Below, piece by piece: positions 1 through 8,787 of a DNA stretch of 64,000 bases (its first letter is position 1; each line of letters opens with the position of its first letter). A model generated the notes under the pieces. That model saw only the letters and a list, made by a program, of their open reading frames with translations, did no database searches and had not been told where the DNA came from. Source of the stretch: a virus. The position numbers and the translations under genes were made by a program. The DNA lies in the IMG/VR virus record IMGVR_UViG_3300028827_000129, positions 64,001 through 128,000 of that record; one strand, 5' to 3'.

Positions 1-160
1 ACTGTAATCTTTTCGCTTCTCTTGAGTAATAATTTGGTTTAGCAAACGGATGCTCTTCTCCGGTAATTTCTGATATCGTTGCCTGTGGATAAATTCCTTG
101 CATATCTTCAATCTCAAGATGAAGCTTCTTAGGAGTAATGTCATTCGGTAAAGTGCTCAT
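1..160 (-). CDS. hypothetical protein, runs off window edge (MSTLPNDITPKKLHLEIEDMQG...)
   Basis: ATG at 160 with AAGGAGG SD; open frame to window edge (translated by hand). Confidence 0.7.
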   Translation of the reverse strand, partial: MSTLPNDITPKKLHLEIEDMQGIYPQATISEITGEEHPFAKPNYYSREAKRLQ

Positions 161-186
161 TTTTGCCTCCTTTTTTATCTTAACAT

Positions 187-218
187 AAAAAAAGCCGGCA
201 ACGCAAAGCGTTGCCGGC
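187..218 (-). terminator. intrinsic terminator
   Basis: GCCGGCAACGC-AAA-GCGTTGCCGGC 11-bp stem followed by a T-tract on the minus strand, downstream of the 258..821 gene. Confidence 0.85.
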
Positions 219-257
219 CAAAGCCGAAGAAGGGAGAATATGTTTTAGTTTGCGTCA

Positions 258-821
258 TTAAGACGCCAGCGGGAGAGAGCGGACCGTCAGTCCCATTGTG
301 TACCACGTGTTCCGTCCGCCGTTCTTGTGCCTGATGAGGAATGCCTGAGCATCTTCCGGAATGTCAGGAGATGTCTTTGCATTGTTCTTGATGAAGTCTT
401 TCGTGATATCAACGATTTCGCCATCGTGGTTCCTCTGAACCTTCCAGAGGCTGTATGCCCTGCTGTAGAGATTCTCGCCCGAAGCATCGACGAACGGAAG
501 TGCCTGCTTGGGAATCCTTGCGCGGCCCTCTGCATCGGAAAGCACACGCAACAGCTTTTCCGTCTCATCCTTCACAGCCTGACTGAAGGACAGCGGGATG
601 CGCTGCGTCTGAATCTCTCGCACATCGTCGAAGGGAAAGTCCTTCGTGAAGAAATTGCCTTCGTTGTCGATGATCTGCAGCTTTGCGATCTTTTCGTCAT
701 CGTTTGTGGCGAGCAAAAGCCCGAACTCGCCGTCTTTGGTGACGCAGATCTTCTTCTTGGGAGTCTCTTCTTCTGTGATTTCTTCGACCTGCAGATTGAA
801 AAGGTTGAGTCCGTGACGCAT
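258..821 (-). CDS. hypothetical protein (187 aa)
   Basis: AGGAGA SD, protein-like composition, followed by a terminator. Confidence 0.75.
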   Translation of the reverse strand: MRHGLNLFNLQVEEITEEETPKKKICVTKDGEFGLLLATNDDEKIAKLQIIDNEGNFFTKDFPFDDVREIQTQRIPLSFSQAVKDETEKLLRVLSDAEGRARIPKQALPFVDASGENLYSRAYSLWKVQRNHDGEIVDITKDFIKNNAKTSPDIPEDAQAFLIRHKNGGRNTWYTMGLTVRSLPLAS

Positions 822-922
822 TTTAACGTCTCCTTTCTGAGAAAGAAATTATACTCTCAAAGAGAGCACTCAAAGATTTATAAGGCGCGAAGCGCCTAGC
901 CTCTTGTTCGCCTTTTAAAGCC

Positions 923-1081
923 TCATTTTCTCCTTTCCCATACCTCATATTGGCCTTTTTTGCCGGGGAAAGAAATCTTGAATCCTGTTTTCATAAAAGG
1001 CTTACCCATCTTCTTTTCTCTCGCAATAAGAGACTTTTTCATCTTATGTAACTCTCTTAATAATTTCTTTTCAAGATTCAT
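923..1081 (-). CDS. small basic hypothetical protein (52 aa, MNLEKKLLRELHKMKK...)
   Basis: Translated by hand; AAGGAG SD; below the ORF-track cutoff. Confidence 0.6.
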   Translation of the reverse strand: MNLEKKLLRELHKMKKSLIAREKKMGKPFMKTGFKISFPGKKGQYEVWERRK

Positions 1082-1093
1082 TGTTATCTCCTT

Positions 1094-1576
1094 TCAAAAT
1101 AAGTTTATTTGAATATTTTCTTTCTCTTTAAGTTCTTTTCTTACTTTCATAAGAATTTTACCCAAATAATTATACTTTTTCTTATTAATACATTTACTAC
1201 AAAGACAAGCGCCCCAATAATTATCGTGCCAATAATTACCTCCTATCAGAAGGTTTTCGCCTGTCATTAAAAGGTCTCTCTTGAGTGCTTTATGATTTAT
1301 TACTGATTTTGAAGTAAATTTTAACCGTACTAACTCCGTCATAATGCGGAGTTTATTTGCATTAAAGTCTTCTCTCATAATTACATATCGCCCGCGTTTT
1401 TTAGCCATTGCAGGCGTAACACAGCGCCGAATCTCACGCTTTTCTTTTTCATGCTTACACTTCATTGCCTGGTAAGCATGCTCTACAGTCTGCCATACAA
1501 GACCGTCATATATCAATCCTTTGCATTCAGCAAAGTTTGAGAGAAAGAAATATTTGCCTCTGAAAAAGCGTATCAT
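1094..1576 (-). CDS. NADAR (YbiA-like) family ADP-ribose/N-glycosidase
   Basis: Motifs FLSNF, TVEHAYQAMK, AKKRGR, RLKF, LLMTG, WHDNYWG, NYLGKILMKVR. Confidence 0.9.
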   Translation of the reverse strand: MIRFFRGKYFFLSNFAECKGLIYDGLVWQTVEHAYQAMKCKHEKEKREIRRCVTPAMAKKRGRYVIMREDFNANKLRIMTELVRLKFTSKSVINHKALKRDLLMTGENLLIGGNYWHDNYWGACLCSKCINKKKYNYLGKILMKVRKELKEKENIQINLF

Positions 1577-1592
1577 AAAGACCTCCTTCGAA

Positions 1593-1735
1593 TTTTCGGC
1601 TTTTTTTGAAAAAAACTTACACTATCCTGTAAGGAGTGAGTGAATGAAATTTTCTAGCATTGAAGTCAAGAACGTTTTAAGAAACTTCGGTTCTTAAAAC
1701 GCAAAGACGGAAATGCAAAAGAAAATTTCATTCAC
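1593..1735 (+). ncRNA. candidate structured element A: conserved 33-nt motif plus ~96-nt rod hairpin with cUUCGg loop
   Basis: Motif shared with 17481-17514; GTGAATGAAATTTTCT/AGAAAATTTCATTCAC outer stem; inner stem capped by CTTCGG. Confidence 0.5.
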
Positions 1736-1879
1736 GGCATTCATTAAATTACAGTTTCCAGTTTACCATTTTCCAGTGTACCTCCTTCCTTTTTACCTCT
1801 TACCAAGCAAAGATAAAACAAAGAGGCCTTATATTAGCCTGATGTTATGCCGCGGAGTTACTTATTCGAAAGCCTTATG

Positions 1880-2215
1880 TTATGCAGATGAGCCGGGCTT
1901 AGAAAAAGAGTTGCGGAGTAAGAAAAGAAAAACCGTCCAGAAAGCAATCTCGTAAGCAGCAAAATAAACAAGTGCCCACAAGATGCCCGCAAAGCCATGA
2001 AGAACATATACAAGCGTAAACATCGCAAGAATCATCACTGACACAATAATAGTGTCAGGACGATCGTACCTAAAAAAGTTCTTTAACAACATCCACACAC
2101 CCTCCATCACAGCACAGAGCTTATCCTTCAAATACTTAAAGAAGCTCTTGCGCCTAAAAACACCATCCTTCTCCTCAAGCTCAATAACAACCAACTTCTT
2201 TCTTCTCTTACACAT
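1880..2215 (-). CDS. membrane protein (111 aa, about 2 TM)
   Basis: AAGGAGG SD; hydrophobic C-terminal half. Confidence 0.7.
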   Translation of the reverse strand: MCKRRKKLVVIELEEKDGVFRRKSFFKYLKDKLCAVMEGVWMLLKNFFRYDRPDTIIVSVMILAMFTLVYVLHGFAGILWALVYFAAYEIAFWTVFLFLLRNSFSKPGSSA

Positions 2216-2308
2216 GTTAGTTACCTCCTTTAAAGAGATGTACTACCCAATACGAGTAGAAGACAAAGAAGTATATTACACCAATAGCAAGGTACTGAAG
2301 AAAAGCTT

Positions 2309-2542
2309 TCATTGTTTTTTCTCCTTTCTTTTAAGATATTCCTTAGCTACACCACTTAAAGGGTCTTTTTTATCCCGCGCAATTTTTCTAATGCACGGAA
2401 CAAGATCTCGTAAACGATGCATTCTCCCATCATCCGGTACACAACGAATCAAAAGATAATACTTCTCATAGCCGGTCAACTTATAGTCGGCTTCTGCAAC
2501 GCCGACTAACAACAACACAACCAAAAAAGCGCGCCAAAACAT
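2309..2542 (-). CDS. exported small protein (77 aa)
   Basis: Signal-peptide-like N-terminus ending VAEA; GGAGG SD. Confidence 0.7.
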   Translation of the reverse strand: MFWRAFLVVLLLVGVAEADYKLTGYEKYYLLIRCVPDDGRMHRLRDLVPCIRKIARDKKDPLSGVAKEYLKRKEKKQ

Positions 2543-2543
2543 A

Positions 2544-2771
2544 CTAAACCTCCTTAATCCTAACGGTCAAACCGTTATAGCAATTATGGTACTTTACATA
2601 AGTACCATTACGACTCCTTTTAAACAAAGAAAGTACAGAAATTAACCCATTCTTAATGGGTATATCAAAACCAAACAACCTCCTACAATAATCATCTAAA
2701 CATCCCTCCAGTGTTGGATAATAAACATCCAACACTTTCTTCTTGCCAAGATAATAAGTAACCTTGAACAT
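2544..2771 (-). CDS. hypothetical protein (75 aa)
   Basis: Tightly packed operon arrangement. Confidence 0.65.
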   Translation of the reverse strand: MFKVTYYLGKKKVLDVYYPTLEGCLDDYCRRLFGFDIPIKNGLISVLSLFKRSRNGTYVKYHNCYNGLTVRIKEV

Positions 2772-2772
2772 A

Positions 2773-3453
2773 CTAAATATCCTTCAAAATATCATAAGAA
2801 ACGCGCAAATGCCAATTACAAAACAAGCACTGCGTGATATAACTACCTCCATATTCTTTCTCATCCAAATTACCAAACACAGACTCACCGCAATTAGGGC
2901 AAAGTCCATCATCCGGCACACGAGGCATCAAATCATTTTCGGCACAAAACCGTTTTTGTGCCAAAACCTTTCTCTTCAAATCACCAAACATCTCCTCAAA
3001 TACCTCCAAAGAAATAACTCTCCTACCCATAATACACAAACAGTTCTTCAATGGCTCAGTGTAAGCATACATACACCTTCCCCAAGCCCAAAAGAACTGC
3101 TTATATCCCTTCAAAGCCGGGGCATAAAACTTCATCATAGTAGCCTCTTCTACATCCTTCGCAGGAATAATCATCTTAGAGGGCCAAAAATAAAGCCCAA
3201 AAGGCAACCTCTTAACAGGATATACTCCCTGCTTTATCCGCGCATACACACTATCTAACTTTGCTCTCATATCAGGTGCCACAAGAGCAAACTGCACAAG
3301 TTCATAATCACTATGCTTTCTCAGAAAATTCGATATGGAACCCCAAGAACCATATCTACCTTTCTGAGTAAAATAAAAAGGGTTACAACCCAAAGGGTAC
3401 TGTAACCCAATCGTCTCATTTTCCTTACTATACAACATAAACCGATAAGCCAT
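2773..3453 (-). CDS. hypothetical protein with C-terminal Zn ribbon (CPNC...CLFC)
   Basis: GGAGG SD; CxxC pairs. Confidence 0.75.
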   Translation of the reverse strand: MAYRFMLYSKENETIGLQYPLGCNPFYFTQKGRYGSWGSISNFLRKHSDYELVQFALVAPDMRAKLDSVYARIKQGVYPVKRLPFGLYFWPSKMIIPAKDVEEATMMKFYAPALKGYKQFFWAWGRCMYAYTEPLKNCLCIMGRRVISLEVFEEMFGDLKRKVLAQKRFCAENDLMPRVPDDGLCPNCGESVFGNLDEKEYGGSYITQCLFCNWHLRVSYDILKDI

Positions 3454-3464
3454 AACAAACCTCC

Positions 3465-3731
3465 TTAACGTCCGTTAAAAGGCGCGCGGTGATAAATTAT
3501 CACAATCTTACGCACAATAGGGCATATCTTCTCATAAACAAAATCATCTACCAAAGAAACAGAAGGCAAAATAACCTCCTCTATATCTTCTCTTTCCATT
3601 ATCTCAGCTATAGAACTAACTCCATAACCAAGACAAAAAGACAAATACATCCTCATAGCACTCTCTTTATCGCGATACACCAACCGCGACTCAACATTAT
3701 AGTCAAAATCACAAACATCAAAGATCCACAT
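3465..3731 (-). CDS. hypothetical protein (88 aa)
   Basis: GGAGG SD. Confidence 0.7.
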   Translation of the reverse strand: MWIFDVCDFDYNVESRLVYRDKESAMRMYLSFCLGYGVSSIAEIMEREDIEEVILPSVSLVDDFVYEKICPIVRKIVIIYHRAPFNGR

Positions 3732-3734
3732 AAC

Positions 3735-3911
3735 TCAACCTCCATAAAAAGGTAGTTCCTGCACGGGAGAACTATAAGAATAATAAGGGATACGTAGAGT
3801 TTTAGCAAGGCGCTTGAGATCCCTTTCAGTCTTCCCGTTTTTTATCTGGCGTAAACCGTGCCGATTATGGTGTCTCCTGCGAATATTAGTTTTACTTGAA
3901 CTACGAGCCAT
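3735..3911 (-). CDS. small basic protein (58 aa, MARSSSKTNIRRRHHNRHG...)
   Basis: Translated by hand; AAGGAGG SD. Confidence 0.6.
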   Translation of the reverse strand: MARSSSKTNIRRRHHNRHGLRQIKNGKTERDLKRLAKTLRIPYYSYSSPVQELPFYGG

Positions 3912-4034
3912 CTCAAATTCCTCCTTAAACGATTCTTAGAGCCTCTTAGAGGCTATTTAACCTTAAAGCAGTATATTGGTATTACTTATACCCTTAATAC
4001 GCTTATACGGTCTCTAAAGTACCTTAAAAGAGAT

Positions 4035-4196
4035 TTACTTCTTTTCGTACTTTTCCTTCAGACGCTGCCTTGCCTTGGCGTTGTTGACTCCCTCTTTGAA
4101 GCCTTCCACAATATCCCTCTTCAGGGCATTGTAGAAGTCTTTGCCAATAGACATGCCAATGGCAAAAACAATCCCATAAATAACAATGTGTACCAT
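4035..4196 (-). CDS. small membrane protein (53 aa, MVHIVIYGIVFAIGMSIG...)
   Basis: Translated by hand; AAGGAGG SD; N-terminal TM. Confidence 0.65.
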   Translation of the reverse strand: MVHIVIYGIVFAIGMSIGKDFYNALKRDIVEGFKEGVNNAKARQRLKEKYEKK

Positions 4197-4235
4197 GTTT
4201 TACCTCCTTTTTAACAAAAAGTTATTGATTTTACG

Positions 4236-4592
4236 TTACTTTTTCCAAAAAATAACGTATTTCTTTAACTTTTCTTGCCTTTTTCTCTTCATTGCTTCGA
4301 TATTACGGTTAATGTAACGGCAAAGAAGAGATGAGAACACAAAAGCATAAAACATGTTCTCAACACCTACCGTTTCTGCCAATCCCTTAAAGAGCCCAAA
4401 ATAATGCTCAATAAGATAGGCAAGGAATGTGATTCCTGTAGCCTGGACAATATCCTTAGCATGTAAAATTTGCCTCGGATATGTCACTTTGTGCAGATTG
4501 CCTGCGAGAATCCAACCAAGGACCTTATCCCAATTTGTGATAAAGATCCCGGCACGGATGCCCCATGCTGTACCGTTGAACCACTTTTTCAT
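4236..4592 (-). CDS. membrane protein (118 aa)
   Basis: AAGGAGG SD; hydrophobic segments. Confidence 0.7.
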   Translation of the reverse strand: MKKWFNGTAWGIRAGIFITNWDKVLGWILAGNLHKVTYPRQILHAKDIVQATGITFLAYLIEHYFGLFKGLAETVGVENMFYAFVFSSLLCRYINRNIEAMKRKRQEKLKKYVIFWKK

Positions 4593-4688
4593 TTCTTACC
4601 TCCTTTACGCGGCCTATCGGAATCGATTATCCCATAGATAATCGCTTTGAGCATCACGAAGAAGACAATGATCGGAACACCACAGATC

Positions 4689-4994
4689 TCAAGCATGCTT
4701 CGACTCCCTCATGAGCTTTTTTGCCTGGTTTTTCATCCAGGTTCGCACGATAATGCCGGCCAACCTCGTCTTATGGACGGCAAGGGAAAGGATTACACTT
4801 CCCATAGCGCCCATAAGCACCAGCTGTCCGGTTGCACCGAACAGCGTGGCAAGGACGAAGTTGATCAGCACCGACGAGACGATGGACGCCCAAGGGTTTC
4901 TGAGCGTCAAGTCCCGATAAAGCGCAAATTTGTACATGAGCTTGAGCTCAATGTACGTCCCGGCAATGGCCAACAATGCAGCAGCGATAAGCAT
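4689..4994 (-). CDS. membrane protein (101 aa, about 3 TM)
   Basis: GGAGG SD; hydrophobic. Confidence 0.7.
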   Translation of the reverse strand: MLIAAALLAIAGTYIELKLMYKFALYRDLTLRNPWASIVSSVLINFVLATLFGATGQLVLMGAMGSVILSLAVHKTRLAGIIVRTWMKNQAKKLMRESKHA

Positions 4995-4995
4995 A

Positions 4996-5169
4996 TCACT
5001 TACCTCCTTTCACACCAATTTTCTCACGAATGTGAGATTCATAGCACTTTACGCAGAATACGTACTGACAGTACACATATCTGCCTTCATCATCCACAAT
5101 TACTTTTCCGCAGTAATTGCACTTTTCTCCGCCACTGCGGATGCCTTCTTCAACGATAAACGAAGACAT
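4996..5169 (-). CDS. C4 zinc-finger microprotein (57 aa)
   Basis: CNYC...CVKC; SD supports a start at 5169 rather than 5259. Confidence 0.7.
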   Translation of the reverse strand: MSSFIVEEGIRSGGEKCNYCGKVIVDDEGRYVYCQYVFCVKCYESHIREKIGVKGGK

Positions 5170-5182
5170 ACATTCCCTCCTT

Positions 5183-5326
5183 TCAAGCACGTGGAGCCTC
5201 TCCGCGAAGGAGCAAATGACTCTTCTTTTTGAAGCAATCATCACAGATGACAAAGTCACCGTAATGCCACCTCGACTCTTCCGTCAAGATATCCTTGTTA
5301 CAAAAGGGACACTTAACCTTAACCAT
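5183..5326 (-). CDS. C4 zinc-finger microprotein (47 aa), paralog of 4996..5169
   Basis: Translated by hand: MVKVKCPFCNKDIL...VICDDCFKK; AAGGAGG SD. Confidence 0.7.
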   Translation of the reverse strand: MVKVKCPFCNKDILTEESRWHYGDFVICDDCFKKKSHLLLRGEAPRA

Positions 5327-5379
5327 GCTACCTCCTTTGATTATTAATTACGATATAGCTAGCTGCTACATCACTTTGC

Positions 5380-5855
5380 TTACTCACCAGTAAGCTTGTA
5401 GAGCTTGAGCTTCAAGGCCGCAAGCTTGCTCGCCAAAACGAGATGTTGGGCCTTTTCTGTGCAGCTACAAAGCTCTTCAGAGACCTTTTCGATCTCTTTC
5501 TTTATTCTCTTTATACGCTTCTCCCTAATCTTATCAACGACTTCGTTGATAGGACCAGTAGAACACGTCTTATTGCACACGTCTGAGAGCTTCTCAGAGG
5601 CTTTCTGAGCCACTTTCTTCGTAGACTCGACTGTAACCTCCTTGATTGTCTCAGAAACGTCTCTCACGTCCTCTAAGGGCTTCTGAGAGGATTCCTTTAC
5701 TTTGGACACAATGTCATGTGCCTTCTTCTTGGCTTTCTTGTAGAAATCCGTCATAGCGATTTCTTCGAAAACCGTTTTGCTCTTATCAGTAAAGAGCACA
5801 CACCTCTTGTGCTTTTTCTTGGTAGGTACCATAGCACGTTCCTCCTTTCTGGCCA

Positions 5856-5856
<1 letters not shown>
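5380..5856 (-). CDS. Lys/Glu-rich coiled-coil protein (158 aa)
   Basis: Start overlaps the upstream stop (TAATG); helical composition. Confidence 0.7.
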
Positions 5857-6306
<450 letters not shown>

Positions 6307-6314
<8 letters not shown>

Positions 6315-6465
6315 TTGCAACCTCCTTTTCTCTCTTAATTCTGCGCACCATCACATACGCAAAGTGTCTCTTCACGTATGAGGTATGCCACGAGCAAAGT
6401 GGCTGACGGTGTTTGCCGACAATAAAGTCGGCTTTTTCTTTGCACCCAAGATAGATGCACTTCAT
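6307..6465 (-). CDS. small Cys/His protein (52 aa, MKCIYLGCKEKA...LCSWH)
   Basis: Translated by hand; AGGAGG SD; C-x4-C...C-x2-H. Confidence 0.6.
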
Positions 6466-6484
6466 AGTTTTTTATACCTCCTTA

Positions 6485-7051
6485 TTAGTTTTTGAGGCCG
6501 GCAATGACCAACCTCTTAAGCCTTTCGACTTCCTCCGCAACAATCTCAATTTCGTAGGTCGTCATAAAGGCCGTAAGTGTCACACGATACAACATCTCGT
6601 CCAACGGTTTGACTTCAATAGAAGTCAAATGCTGAACAGGAATCATAATCGTTCGACACTTATTGATAATCTCAAGAACGAAGCCGTCAATAAGGCCAAA
6701 TGTCGTTTCTTCCTTGAAAAGAAGAGCAATATTCTTCTTCTCTTCTCTTTCTTTTTTCTTGGCCTTCTTTCGGACTTCTTTTTCCACCTCCCTCAAAAGA
6801 GAGATCCACTTCTGGGAGATGTTGTAATAGCCGAGGAAGTTCCCGTACTTGTCCTTTTTCGGGATAAAAAATCCCTGCTTCCCGCAATAAGGACACTTCG
6901 GGACCTCCACTGCCGTCCCATCCTTTGAGACGATCACTTCTCGGTCTTCCCAATTGGCATTGTGGAGGGAAACCTTTTTGCCGCAACCAACCGCATGCGG
7001 CATGACCTTAGATTTTCTGTAACAATACTTAGTCACAGAGTAAACGTTCAT
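6485..7051 (-). CDS. hypothetical protein with N-terminal Zn-binding motif (CPYC)
   Basis: AAGGAGG SD. Confidence 0.75.
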   Translation of the reverse strand: MNVYSVTKYCYRKSKVMPHAVGCGKKVSLHNANWEDREVIVSKDGTAVEVPKCPYCGKQGFFIPKKDKYGNFLGYYNISQKWISLLREVEKEVRKKAKKKEREEKKNIALLFKEETTFGLIDGFVLEIINKCRTIMIPVQHLTSIEVKPLDEMLYRVTLTAFMTTYEIEIVAEEVERLKRLVIAGLKN

Positions 7052-7074
7052 CTCTACCTCCTTTATTTAAAAGT

Positions 7075-7099
7075 GCCCCAGGGGATAAACCCCTGGGGC
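7075..7099 (-). terminator. repeated intergenic hairpin, copy 1
   Basis: GCCCCAGGGG-ATAAA-CCCCTGGGGC followed by ACTTTT on the minus strand. Confidence 0.6.
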
Positions 7100-7110
7100 T
7101 AAGATTTAGC

Positions 7111-7380
7111 TTACTTACGACTCACGTAATCGTCGTAGAGATTCTTGATCTCTTCGTCGATCCCCATAATATTGACGTCCTTGTACTTGTCACGAAGCTT
7201 GACAAGCTTCTCGAACGTCGCACGGGCCTTTTTGGAGGCGTTTACCATTTTCTTGGCACGACGTCTGCCACAGACGTCGTTCTTCGCCTCCTCCATCTTT
7301 GTCTTGATTTTGACCAGGGTGTTCCTGGTACGAAGTAAAGCGTCCTTTCCTTTGCTGAGGATGTTCTTCAGTCTGCTCAT
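7111..7380 (-). CDS. basic helical protein (89 aa)
   Basis: AAGGAGG SD. Confidence 0.75.
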   Translation of the reverse strand: MSRLKNILSKGKDALLRTRNTLVKIKTKMEEAKNDVCGRRRAKKMVNASKKARATFEKLVKLRDKYKDVNIMGIDEEIKNLYDDYVSRK

Positions 7381-7411
7381 AACAGTACCTCCTTAAGTGG
7401 GTTAAAAGAGT

Positions 7412-7435
7412 GCCCCAGGGATAATTCCCTGGGGC
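7412..7435 (-). terminator. repeated intergenic hairpin, copy 2
   Basis: GCCCCAGGGA-TAAT-TCCCTGGGGC followed by ACTCTTTT on the minus strand. Confidence 0.6.
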
Positions 7436-7465
7436 GTTAGGACTTTAGGTGAATACCTCTAAGGA

Positions 7466-8416
7466 TTAGTTACCTTCCCCCATGGGGCATTCACCGCTAG
7501 CGATGACCTCCTGGCAGTAAGGCGCATCGTTCCCGTATGTGCAAATGGCGATACGGTGATACTTGCACGTCTTCCCGCCCGCGAAGCCACGCTCCGGGTC
7601 GCCGTAGGAATCACGGAGCGGCCCGACAACGTAGCCATCAAGGAAGGCCTTGATGTGGTCGGGGCTCCCGGCCTGGCAGACCGTGCGGCCGTCCTGGAGG
7701 GTAGAAACGAAACAAACCCCCTCACGAGCCGCAGCCTCCGGCAACTCCGGAACGTGAATGTCCAGGAAGTTGGCGTAGCTAAGTACTTTGCCATCGAGAT
7801 CTTCCCGGTCTTCCGGATCAAAATAATGAACCAGAATCTTCCGAGACATTCTGATGGCGTCACGAGCCGCTTCCACGTCCCGAAGGATCTCCTCCTCCGA
7901 ACGGCCCTGGAACTTCGCCCTGGAACTGATGCGCCAGCGCATCAGTTCGTCGGGGTCCACCCCAGGACACTTCCCGCGATAAGCAGCGGCCAGACAGTGG
8001 TCCGCTGCCGCAACGAGCTTCAGATTCTCATGAAACTCGTTGCACCTCGGGTAGAGGAGCTTCAGAACCTGCCCCAGGGACGAGGCTTCCCAATACTTCT
8101 TGGGATCCTTCCCGTACCCAGGGTCCCCAGGCCGGTGGTGGTCGAGGAGCTTGCTGTCGTTGAGGCTAGCTGCCTCGCCAACAAACTCACACTCCACCCG
8201 AACGATCTGGGTCGTCGGGTCCTTTACGATCTCCGGGATCGTAGCCTCCGCCTTGTAAGCCTCGAAAGGCTTCACTCGGCAGAGGGTTTCGGCATCGCCA
8301 CAATTGCGAACGGCCGCGTAAGCCACCGGGATTCGGTGTGCTCGCAGCAGCTCTTCGATGGCTGCCATTTCGGGGTCAGGCGCCCCCAGAATGAAGAAGA
8401 GGGTGTTAGTACCCAT
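7466..8416 (-). CDS. DHH-superfamily phosphoesterase-like protein (316 aa)
   Basis: ILGAPDPE, RVEC, LLDHH, AAADH in DHH motif order; AAGGAGG SD. Confidence 0.5.
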   Translation of the reverse strand: MGTNTLFFILGAPDPEMAAIEELLRAHRIPVAYAAVRNCGDAETLCRVKPFEAYKAEATIPEIVKDPTTQIVRVECEFVGEAASLNDSKLLDHHRPGDPGYGKDPKKYWEASSLGQVLKLLYPRCNEFHENLKLVAAADHCLAAAYRGKCPGVDPDELMRWRISSRAKFQGRSEEEILRDVEAARDAIRMSRKILVHYFDPEDREDLDGKVLSYANFLDIHVPELPEAAAREGVCFVSTLQDGRTVCQAGSPDHIKAFLDGYVVGPLRDSYGDPERGFAGGKTCKYHRIAICTYGNDAPYCQEVIASGECPMGEGN

Positions 8417-8448
8417 ATGTACCTCCTTCTCGTGTGTGTTTTAGCCCC

Positions 8449-8685
8449 TTAGAGGGCCAGAGACCGAATTTCGGTCTCGGTGACTTTGCCACCCAAAACG
8501 GAGACAATCTCCTGGATGGCGAGGAGCCTTTCGCTCTGAGTAGGCACCAACTCCTTGAGAAGGTACCTGTAGAACTCAGAGTCTTTGCCGCTAAACCAAG
8601 CGGCCTTTATCGCCAATTTGGCGTTCATACTCTCAACACAGTCTGTATCAAGAGTATTGATGGCGTTAAGCAACTTGTCAGCCAT
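8449..8685 (-). CDS. hypothetical protein (78 aa)
   Basis: Probable start MADKLL at 8685; the longer start lies inside the terminator; weak SD. Confidence 0.5.
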   Translation of the reverse strand: MADKLLNAINTLDTDCVESMNAKLAIKAAWFSGKDSEFYRYLLKELVPTQSERLLAIQEIVSVLGGKVTETEIRSLAL

Positions 8686-8727
8686 GTTTGTATTAACCGT
8701 TACTCTTAAGGGCGTACCTGAGTACGC

Positions 8728-8765
8728 AAAAAACAACGGCTACGACAAGAATGTCGTAGCCGTTG
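8728..8765 (-). terminator. intrinsic terminator
   Basis: CAACGGCTACGACA-AGAA-TGTCGTAGCCGTTG 14-bp stem plus T-tract on the minus strand. Confidence 0.8.
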
Positions 8766-8787
8766 CAGCCCTTAAGACTTTCGAGAA

